Shown: positions 33,098 through 39,049 of the stretch, in pieces
Layout: every line of letters starts with the position of its first letter
Position numbering within the stretch: the first letter of the stretch is position 1
From: Vicinamibacterales bacterium
GTDB lineage: Bacteria; Acidobacteriota; Vicinamibacteria; Vicinamibacterales; UBA2999
Assembly: GCA_036521515.1 (NCBI GenBank)
Contig: DATDHP010000379.1
Coordinates: 1 to 39,049, forward strand
Reading direction: 5' to 3'
DNA length: 39,049 nucleotides
Made by a program: the position numbers and the translations under genes
Notes under the pieces: model-generated
Told to the model about the DNA's origin: nothing
Databases searched by the model: none
Seen by the model: the letters and a program-made list of their open reading frames with translations, nothing else

Positions 33098-33524
33098 GAG
33101 ATTCAGGCATCACCGTCACCGTAAACCCATGCTGGTTGGGCGCCGCGTACTGGCGGTGGTGGCGGATGCGCGAGTACGGGATCGTCACCAGCTCCTGCGC
33201 CTGCTCGTCCGGCTCTGGTTGGATCACGATCGTCATCTCGCCAGCCGCGGCTGCGAGCTGCTCGGCCACCTGCGCGTCCGCAAACCCGATGACGACCACC
33301 TCGCCGCTTGCAAGCCTATGTGTCTCGTAGCTGCGATAGCGGCGCGTGGCGAAGAGCGGTGCGTTGGGGAGTGCGGGCGAGTACGTGAAGCCGTAGACGC
33401 CGACCGGCAGCGCGTTGACGCCGTTGCCTTCTTCCTCAGAGGAGACCAGGCGCACGGCGTGCGCCTGGCGGAGTGCCTCCTGGGCCGCAGTCGCCGGCGT
33501 GTTCGCGTATGTGACTCTGCTCAT
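33075..33524 (-). CDS. Hypothetical protein (149 aa), no family recognised
   Basis: The ORF has GC-rich third positions and normal composition (MSRVTYANTPATAAQEALRQAH...VVVIGFADAQVAEQLAAAAGEMTIVIQPEP...). A perfect TATAAT lies 9 nt upstream of the ATG. Confidence 0.55.
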   Translation of the reverse strand: MSRVTYANTPATAAQEALRQAHAVRLVSSEEEGNGVNALPVGVYGFTYSPALPNAPLFATRRYRSYETHRLASGEVVVIGFADAQVAEQLAAAAGEMTIVIQPEPDEQAQELVTIPYSRIRHHRQYAAPNQHGFTVTVMPESLTLCLEP

Positions 33525-33533
33525 TGGCTAGGG

Positions 33534-33539
33534 ATTATA
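33534..33539 (-). promoter_or_regulatory. Perfect TATAAT -10 box 9 nt upstream of the ATG at 33524
   Basis: The minus strand reads ctgccTATAATccctagccaATG. It sits in the 37-nt gap after msrA. No SD. Confidence 0.45.
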
Positions 33540-33561
33540 GGCAGGGCGGGGCGGCGGAGGG

Positions 33562-34215
33562 CTACGCACTCACGCCGATCGGGCAGCTGACACCGGTGCC
33601 GCCGATCCCGCAATAGCCGTCCGGGTTCTTGGCCAGGTACTGCTGGTGATAGTCCTCGGCGTAATAGAACGGCGGAGCGTCGGCGATCTCGGTCGTCACG
33701 CGCCCATAGCCGGCGGCGGTGAGGCGGTCCTGGTATGCGTCGCGCGACGTCTCGGCCGCACGCTTCTGCCCGGGCGAGGCCGCGTAGATCGCCGATCGGT
33801 ACTGGGTGCCGGCGTCGTTTCCCTGCCGCATGCCCTGCGTCGGGTCGTGGTTCTCCCAGAAAATCCTGAGCATCGCGTCATACGTCGTGACCTTGGGGTC
33901 GAACACGACGAGCACCACCTCGGTGTGCCCGGTCATGCCGCTGCACACCTCCTTGTAGGTCGGGTTTGGCGTATGGCCGCCGGCGTAGCCGACAGCGGTC
34001 GAATACACGCCCGGCGCCTGCCAGAACTTCCGCTCGGCACCCCAGAAGCAGCCCATGCCGAAGACCGCCTGCTCGAGACCGGCCGGAAACGGCGGCGTGA
34101 GCCGGTTTCCGTTGACGAAGTGCGCCTCGGGCACGGGGATGGCCGACTGGCGGCCAGGGAGGGCATCCTCGGGACGCGGGAGCCGGAGCTTCATCGGACT
34201 TGAGAAGATCGCCAT
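33562..34215 (-). CDS. msrA: Peptide-methionine (S)-S-oxide reductase MsrA
   Basis: Active site GMGCFWGAE, plus [26 protein letters not shown] and [21 protein letters not shown]. Start ATG at 34215 (MAIFSS) or 34194 (MKLRL). Confidence 0.9.
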   Translation of the reverse strand: MAIFSSPMKLRLPRPEDALPGRQSAIPVPEAHFVNGNRLTPPFPAGLEQAVFGMGCFWGAERKFWQAPGVYSTAVGYAGGHTPNPTYKEVCSGMTGHTEVVLVVFDPKVTTYDAMLRIFWENHDPTQGMRQGNDAGTQYRSAIYAASPGQKRAAETSRDAYQDRLTAAGYGRVTTEIADAPPFYYAEDYHQQYLAKNPDGYCGIGGTGVSCPIGVSA

Positions 34216-34224
34216 GTGAGTAAG

Positions 34225-34947
34225 ATGCCAGATCAGGACGTGACGATTCAATCATCCGCACGGGAACGGCGGAGACCTGAGCCGGAGCCGGTGGAGCTCA
34301 CCGTGCTCTACGAGGACGCTGCGATCGTTGCGCTCGACAAGCCCGCGGGGATGGTCGTGCACCCGACTTACAAGAACACGTCGGGGACGCTGCTGAATGG
34401 CGTGCTCTGGCGCTACCGCGATCGCCGCGACATTCAGCCGGGAATTCTGACCCGGCTCGACAAGGAGACATCCGGCGTTGTCGTGGTCGCGCTGACGCCC
34501 GCGCTCCATGCCCGGTTGCAGCGTGATGCCGCCACAGGCCGCGTGACGAAGGAGTACCTCGCCATCGTGCGCGGCGCGCCAGACCCGGCCCGCGGCATCA
34601 TCACGCTTCCTCTCGCGCGCGACGCCCAGGACAGGCGACGCGTCGTCGTAACCGAGAGCGGTGCAGCGTGCGAAACGCGGTACGAAGTCGTGCGAAGGGT
34701 GGACCGATGCGACTGGTCTGTTGTCCGATGCGAGCTGATCACCGGCCGGACGCACCAGATCAGGGTGCACCTGTCCGCGCTCGGCTGTCCGGTCGTCGGC
34801 GACGCGACGTACGGAGAAGCGCACGAAGCAATCCCGCGCCAGGCGCTGCACGCCTGGCGCGTCTCGCTCCTTCATCCCGTCACGCGAGACCGGCTCTCTA
34901 TCGAGGCTCCGCTGCCACGCGATTTCCGCGACCTGATGACTCCCTAG
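34225..34947 (+). CDS. RluA-family pseudouridine synthase (no S4 domain)
   Basis: [28 protein letters not shown] (catalytic Asp), [24 protein letters not shown]. The track uses GTG at 34216, which directly abuts the msrA start. Confidence 0.85.
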   Translation: MPDQDVTIQSSARERRRPEPEPVELTVLYEDAAIVALDKPAGMVVHPTYKNTSGTLLNGVLWRYRDRRDIQPGILTRLDKETSGVVVVALTPALHARLQRDAATGRVTKEYLAIVRGAPDPARGIITLPLARDAQDRRRVVVTESGAACETRYEVVRRVDRCDWSVVRCELITGRTHQIRVHLSALGCPVVGDATYGEAHEAIPRQALHAWRVSLLHPVTRDRLSIEAPLPRDFRDLMTP

Positions 34948-37181
34948 AACCTCACGTTGTAAAGAAGCTTGAAATTGCGGCCCATCTCGGGCACCAGCTC
35001 CTTGAGCAGCGAAAGGTGGTTCCGGTAGAGCTCGTCTGTCACGTTGTCCACTCGGAACGTGATTGTGTTCGCCATGCGGTCTGTGCCGAACGTGTACGAC
35101 GTAAAGAGTTTGAGGAGGCCGTAGCCGTCGGTTGGCGTCTCGGCGCCGAACACGCGATCCTGCTTCGCGGCTGCGATGACCTCGCCGCCTGCCTGGAACG
35201 CGTTGCGCTGGTATCGCCCACCCGCGCGCACCCGGAAGGGCGGAATCCTGGGCAGGGGATCGTCGCCGTCCTTGAGCGTGCCGCGCACGTAATCGGCGCC
35301 GAGCTCGATGACAAAGCCCCCACCCACCTGGAAGTCGGAATGCGCCTCGATCCCCTGCAGGACGCTGTCGGCGCTGACGAACTCGATCAGCTGGAACTCC
35401 TCGATCTCTTCGTCCGAAAAGTCGAGCTCGCGGTTTGGAAAGCGCGCCTCGAACTCAGGCAGACGCGCCTCGAATTGCTCGACGGTGAGCGGATTTCGGA
35501 AGATGTACCTGCTGATGTCGTTGCGGAAGTAGGTCAGCTCGCCCGATGCGCGGGACGACCGCCAGCGCAGTGACACGTCGAAGCCCAGGGCGTGCTCGGG
35601 ATCAAGGTCCGGGTTGCCGATTTCGATCGCGAAGTTGCCCGGGTGCACGCCGAGGAAGAACATCTCCTCGAGCGCCGGGCTGCGCGCCGCGCGCGCCAGA
35701 CTCAACGCGAATGTCAGCCTGTCGTCCGCCGCGGCCGGGCGAAGCAGCAAACCGACCGACGCCGACCCGGTGGTGAAGTTGCGTTCACCCTCGTTGAGCG
35801 GGTTGTACCGGCTGTGGTCCAGGCGGCCGCCAAACTGGAAGGTCACGTGCGGCCACGTCACCTCTTCGTAGACGAACGCCGCGAATCCTCGCTGATCCAC
35901 GGGGGGCGACAGCGCCTCTTCGCCCTCGGCATCGAACGAGCGATCCAGGAACCAGCCGCCGGCGCTTCCCTTCAGGCGGCCGACCGCACGGTGCGATCCC
36001 ATCAGCTCGACCTCGTTGGTGTCGTTCGTGAACCGCGTGCCGACCACCTCCCCGTCGAGCTCGTCGTGCCGGTATCGCCGGAGCGCCAGCGTCGCGCGGT
36101 ACGAGTCGATCGCGCCGGTCAGGCTCTGCGCGCCGGCGCGCAGCGTCACTGCATGACGACGCGGTGTCAGCTGGATCTGGCCGCTCTCGACCAGCGGAAT
36201 CCCGTACTTCGTGTCGTCGTACCCGTAACTGCCGCCGAAGTAGGCGTTGGTGCCGGTCCACGACGCCCCGATGTTGCCGAAGCCGTTTCGCGACTGCGAG
36301 TTCGGCACGGTGCCCTCCGGCGTGTCCACGTCGCCCGAGCGGCGGCCGCCGCCGCCGGCGTGAAGGGCCACCTTCCCGTTGCCGATGTGCACGTCTCCTG
36401 CGCCAGCTGCTTCCATGGCGGCGGAACCGGCATCGAAGGTGAAATTCCCCGACGCCCCCATCATCGGACTGGTTGGGATCTCGTCGGTGATCACGTTCAC
36501 GAGTCCGCCGATGGCATTCGCGCCGTAGAGGAGCGTCGCGGGGCCGCGCACCACCTCGATTCGTTGAGCCGCCGCCGGGTTGATGGCCACACCGTGATCG
36601 CCGGACTGACTGGACACGTCGCCGAGACGCTGCCCGTCCTGAAGAATCAGCACCCGATCGCCGTCGAGCCCGCGAATCACCGGCCGCGCCGGCGCCGGAC
36701 CGAAGCTGCGTGCGGCCACGCCCGGCTGATTCTCCAGGGTCGCGCCGAGCGACATCCCCAGTTGCTTGGTCAACTCCTGGCCTGCGAGCACCGCGGTCGG
36801 CTGGAACGCCTCGAACTGGCTGCGGGCGCCGGCGCTGACGGATGTGACCTCCTCGAAATGCAGCTCCGGATCCACCGTGATGTCCCGGAGCTCAGAAGAC
36901 GGTGCTGTGACCTCGGTGCGACGCGACGAGTACCCCGAGGAGCGCACCGAGAGGTGATAGGACCCCGGCAGGACGTTATCGAACGTGAAGGTGCCATCAG
37001 GGCCCGACTTTGTTTCCCGCCGCAACTCCTCGATGAGCACGACGGCGCCGGGAATCGGGTCACCCGAGAGTGAATTGATCAAACGGCCTGACACCGCCGT
37101 GCCTGCCTGCGCTGCCGCCGCCGTCGAGTGCGACAGGACAACAGCCAGTACGGCACACGCGGCAAGAAGCGTGCGGTCCAT
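34944..37181 (-). CDS. TonB-dependent receptor with N-terminal CarboxypepD_reg domain
   Basis: Signal peptide, then VSGRLINSLSGDPIPGAVVLI...GSYHLSV. The plug region reads PVIRGLDGDRVLILQDGQRLGD...IEVVRGPATLLYGANAIGGLVNVIT. The C-terminal barrel ends YNVRF. GGAGG lies 4 nt upstream of the ATG. Confidence 0.9.
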   Translation of the reverse strand: MDRTLLAACAVLAVVLSHSTAAAAQAGTAVSGRLINSLSGDPIPGAVVLIEELRRETKSGPDGTFTFDNVLPGSYHLSVRSSGYSSRRTEVTAPSSELRDITVDPELHFEEVTSVSAGARSQFEAFQPTAVLAGQELTKQLGMSLGATLENQPGVAARSFGPAPARPVIRGLDGDRVLILQDGQRLGDVSSQSGDHGVAINPAAAQRIEVVRGPATLLYGANAIGGLVNVITDEIPTSPMMGASGNFTFDAGSAAMEAAGAGDVHIGNGKVALHAGGGGRRSGDVDTPEGTVPNSQSRNGFGNIGASWTGTNAYFGGSYGYDDTKYGIPLVESGQIQLTPRRHAVTLRAGAQSLTGAIDSYRATLALRRYRHDELDGEVVGTRFTNDTNEVELMGSHRAVGRLKGSAGGWFLDRSFDAEGEEALSPPVDQRGFAAFVYEEVTWPHVTFQFGGRLDHSRYNPLNEGERNFTTGSASVGLLLRPAAADDRLTFALSLARAARSPALEEMFFLGVHPGNFAIEIGNPDLDPEHALGFDVSLRWRSSRASGELTYFRNDISRYIFRNPLTVEQFEARLPEFEARFPNRELDFSDEEIEEFQLIEFVSADSVLQGIEAHSDFQVGGGFVIELGADYVRGTLKDGDDPLPRIPPFRVRAGGRYQRNAFQAGGEVIAAAKQDRVFGAETPTDGYGLLKLFTSYTFGTDRMANTITFRVDNVTDELYRNHLSLLKELVPEMGRNFKLLYNVRF

Positions 37182-37245
37182 AGGGCCTCCGGAAAAATTT
37201 GACGATCAGCCTGACGTCAGTGGCCTCCGCGCGCGCGGAGGAACT

Positions 37246-37608
37246 TCAGGCAGCCGGAGGCGAGCGGAGCGGAGGCTGCGCCGCCAGGGCGGCGGGCGTA
37301 ACCGAGAAGACTTCGGGACGAAGACGCAGGCTGGATTCAACAGCCGGCGCAGGCTGGTATGCGGCGTCCGGCTTCGTCCGGAGCGACCGCGCCGATTGGC
37401 ACGCAACACACTCGAGCGGATGAAGAGCCGCTCCTCCCGCGTCGCCCTGGATGCGGTGCGCGGACGCATCGTGCTCCACGGAGGCGGGAAAGTCGTCGTG
37501 GCCGGTGGCCGCGTGACTCAGTGCGCCGAGCGTCGTCGCCGCCATGCTCGTGAAGAGCACGCAAGCGGTGAGGACGGACCATCGGCGGATCCTGAACAGG
37601 CGGAGCAT
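37246..37608 (-). CDS. Small secreted His-rich protein with CxxC motif, upstream partner of the TonB receptor
   Basis: Signal-like MLRLFRIRRWSVLTACVLFTSMAATTLGALSHA, then HDDFPASVEHDASAHRIQ...LHPLECVACQS. It is loosely reminiscent of DUF2946-type proteins found next to TonB receptors (low confidence). A canonical promoter lies upstream. Confidence 0.5.
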   Translation of the reverse strand: MLRLFRIRRWSVLTACVLFTSMAATTLGALSHAATGHDDFPASVEHDASAHRIQGDAGGAALHPLECVACQSARSLRTKPDAAYQPAPAVESSLRLRPEVFSVTPAALAAQPPLRSPPAA

Positions 37609-37618
37609 GGGCCCTCAC

Positions 37619-37648
37619 AGCGTAGCCACGGTGTTTCGGGAGTGTCAA
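37619..37648 (-). promoter_or_regulatory. Sigma70-type promoter TTGACA-N18-TACGCT, 10 nt upstream of the ATG at 37608
   Basis: The minus strand reads aacTTGACActcccgaaacaccgtggcTACGCTgtgagggcccATG. The -35 is a perfect consensus and the implied leader is only about 3 nt. Confidence 0.5.
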
Positions 37649-37721
37649 GTTCGAGAAGGGGTGTTCAAGAAAGCGAGTGGTCCCGGAACCAGAGCGTCCG
37701 AACATGTCGATCCCGGGCGGT

Positions 37722-37749
37722 CGTGATCCAGCGAACACGCGTGATCCAG
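37722..37749. promoter_or_regulatory. Direct repeat CGTGATCCAG x2 upstream of vapB (candidate antitoxin operator)
   Basis: Copies at 37722-37731 and 37740-37749 (period 18). Further GTGAT cores lie at 37766 and 37783, the last inside the -10-like element. Confidence 0.3.
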
Positions 37750-37782
37750 GCGAGCAGGGTGAACGGTGATGGCTTGTGCATG

Positions 37783-37791
37783 TGATATCGT
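37783..37791 (+). promoter_or_regulatory. Extended -10-like TGaTATCGT exactly 6 nt upstream of the vapB ATG
   Basis: The sequence reads catGTGATATCGTattttcATG, with no SD. The 11-mer and its spacing are identical to those at 19391-19401. Confidence 0.4.
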
Positions 37792-37797
37792 ATTTTC

Positions 37798-38109
37798 ATG
37801 GCAAAAGAGCCTGTTTCTGTGACACTCGGCCGCGAGAACCTGTTGTGGCTTCGCGGGCGCGCGGCGCGCAGCAAGCGGCGGAGCCTCAGCGACGCGCTCG
37901 ACGAGATCGTCACGGCCGCGCGTCTCGGCGGCCAAGTCGCAGGCTCGATCCGGTCGGTGGTGGGCACGGTGGACATCGCGGCAGACGACCCGGACCTGGA
38001 GCGCGCCGACCAGTATGTGCGCGGGGAGTTCGAGGCGTCGCTGTCGCGGCCACTCGTGGTGCACGAGGACAAAGGCCGATACGGAAAGAAGAAGTCCCGT
38101 CGTGGCTGA
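37798..38109 (+). CDS. Type II antitoxin, ribbon-helix-helix (VapB-like)
   Basis: The N-terminal beta-strand plus helices read VSVTLGRENLLWLRGRAARSKRRSLSDALDEIV. 103 aa. It overlaps the downstream PIN gene by 8 nt. Confidence 0.6.
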   Translation: MAKEPVSVTLGRENLLWLRGRAARSKRRSLSDALDEIVTAARLGGQVAGSIRSVVGTVDIAADDPDLERADQYVRGEFEASLSRPLVVHEDKGRYGKKKSRRG

Positions 38110-38506
38110 ACCGGCCGCCGTCACCGACACGCACGCGCTCGTGTTCCACGCGGCCGGCGGCGGTCGCCTCGGCCCGAAGGCGCGGGCGCATTTCGTCGCG
38201 GCCGAGCAGCGGGATGCCCTCGTCTACGTTCCTGTCGTCGTGATTTGGGAAGTCAGCCTGCTCGCGCGCGCCGTTCGCGTCAACCTGCATCGACCGGTGC
38301 GCGCGTTCTTCGACGACCTCTTCAGCAATCCCGCGTACCAGCCCCACGGCCTCGATGCCTCCCAGGTCTTCGATGCCGACGAGCTTCGGTTCACCCGCGA
38401 TCCCTTCGATGCGCTCGTCTGCGCGGCGGCGCGCGACCTGGGGCTGCCGCTCATGACGCGTGACGCCGCGATCGCGGCTGCCGGCGTCGTGCCGACGCTC
38501 TGGTAG
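38102..38506 (+). CDS. vapC: PIN-domain ribonuclease toxin VapC
   Basis: GTG start at 38102. The four acidic PIN positions are visible: VTDTHALV, VVIWEVSLL, RDPFDALV and LMTRD. Confidence 0.8.
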   Translation: MAEPAAVTDTHALVFHAAGGGRLGPKARAHFVAAEQRDALVYVPVVVIWEVSLLARAVRVNLHRPVRAFFDDLFSNPAYQPHGLDASQVFDADELRFTRDPFDALVCAAARDLGLPLMTRDAAIAAAGVVPTLW

Positions 38507-38513
38507 TTCTCAC

Positions 38514-38566
38514 CAACCAGCCGAGGGCTCTGCCCTTGATATCCCAGCAGAGCCCTCGGCTGGTTG
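38514..38566 (+). terminator. Perfect 20-bp stem / 13-nt loop hairpin 8 nt after the vapC stop
   Basis: caaccagccgagggctctgc (38514-38533) pairs with gcagagccctcggctggttg (38547-38566). No U-tract follows, so an intrinsic-terminator role is uncertain. Confidence 0.45.
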
Positions 38567-38581
38567 CCAGTATCTACTCCA

Positions 38582-38793
38582 CCCCAACGCGCAAAGTCCG
38601 CGCGTTGGGGGCCCCGGCCTGGCCGCGCTCCGCGCGGCTAGGACCGCTATGCGGTCAGACGCAACGAGTACGAAATTCGCGTTCCGGACCGCATAGCGGT
38701 CCAATGCACAACGCTCAATGCTCAATGACCAATGACAAACGCCGGAGGCAGGCTCGGCGGCATTGGGCGTTGGGCATTGGGCATTGAGCATTG
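38582..38793. repeat. Array of four further independent hairpins before mmsA
   Basis: ccccaacgcgc/gcgcgttgggg (38582-38610). gccgcgc/gcgcggc (38622-38638). ggaccgctatgcggtc/gaccgcatagcggtcc (38641-38702). CAATG/CATTG low-complexity arms (38702-38743 versus 38759-38793). Confidence 0.85.
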
Positions 38794-38800
38794 CTGCAGA

Positions 38801-38806
38801 TATACT
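38801..38806 (+). promoter_or_regulatory. -10-like TATACT exactly 6 nt upstream of the mmsA ATG
   Basis: The sequence reads gcagaTATACTcgctccATG, with no SD. Confidence 0.35.
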
Positions 38807-38812
38807 CGCTCC

Positions 38813-39049
38813 ATGTCGACCCCTGCTGCCGCCCATCCCGCGTCGGCTGCCCTGACGGCGATCCCGCTGTGGATCAACGGACGATCCGTCACGTCCAACA
38901 GCACCCGACGCGGCGAAGTCACCAACGCCGCGACCGGGCAGGTCGTGCGCGTCGTGCCGTTCGCCGACGCACGCGACGTCGACGCCGCCGTCGCCGCCGC
39001 CAGGGCGGCCTTCCCCGCGTGGCGCGCCACGCCACCGCTGCGGCGCGCC
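38813..39049 (+). CDS. mmsA: CoA-acylating methylmalonate-semialdehyde dehydrogenase (aldehyde dehydrogenase family), N-terminal 79 codons; continues past the right edge
   Basis: MSTPAAAHPASAALTAIPLWINGRSVTSNSTRRGEVTNAATGQVVRVVPFADARDVDAAVAAARAAFPAWRATPPLRRA is a typical MmsA/ALDH N-terminus. Confidence 0.8.
   Translation, partial: MSTPAAAHPASAALTAIPLWINGRSVTSNSTRRGEVTNAATGQVVRVVPFADARDVDAAVAAARAAFPAWRATPPLRRA

Noticed and set aside
35592-37073. 493-aa plus-strand ORF opposite the TonB receptor
   Set aside because: It is antisense to a receptor with plug and barrel motifs and a C-terminal aromatic residue, and has an Arg/Val/Glu/His-rich artefact composition.
1-39049. Genomic island, prophage or multi-gene defence system
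   Set aside because: There is no integrase, transposase, phage structural gene, restriction-modification, Cas, or nucleotide-signalling defence gene. Coding composition is uniform apart from the small AT-rich palindromes. The only defence-type or toxin-antitoxin module is VapBC.

Overview
GC-rich (roughly two-thirds G+C by eye) bacterial chromosomal segment. Gene content (CarboxypepD_reg-type TonB receptor, M2/M14/M23/M48 peptidases, LTD-domain extracellular nuclease) suggests an Acidobacteriota-like organism; this is inference only. I can support about 34 protein genes packed on both strands. They include feoAB (feoB truncated at the left edge), two aspartokinase paralogs, an ACE-like M2 peptidase, MgtC, an ExeM/NucH nuclease, HemQ/chlorite-dismutase family, TolC and M14 peptidase. 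Also present are MBL hydrolase, GNAT, DUF1028, xth, a FliB/YkgJ-like Cys-cluster protein, a translationally coupled L,D-transpeptidase plus M23 peptidase, and a delta-9 desaturase. The rest are an intramembrane-type histidine kinase plus OmpR regulator, a TIGR00300 (LOR/SDH) protein, MocR, HtpX, rhodanese, MsrA, RluA, a TonB receptor with a small secreted partner, VapBC, and the 5' end of mmsA. I found no rRNA, tRNA, CRISPR array, integrase or transposase, and no recognisable multi-gene defence island; VapBC is the only toxin-antitoxin or defence-type module. The unusual content is non-coding. (1) Most longer intergenic spacers hold long hairpins whose arms are reiterated 5-9 nt motifs, with a different motif at nearly every locus but the same architecture. 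(2) A 25-nt REP/BIME-like unit occurs five times and shows a compensatory stem substitution. (3) Two homologous ~270-bp GTTCGG/CCGAAC palindromes bracket the kinase-regulator-TIGR00300 block, which also contains a decayed SDR gene stub. (4) A TANNNT -10-like hexamer sits exactly 6 nt upstream of at least seven start codons that lack a Shine-Dalgarno sequence, which is a leaderless-mRNA signature. Many long ORFs in the track are Arg/Ala/Gly-rich antisense artefacts and were rejected.
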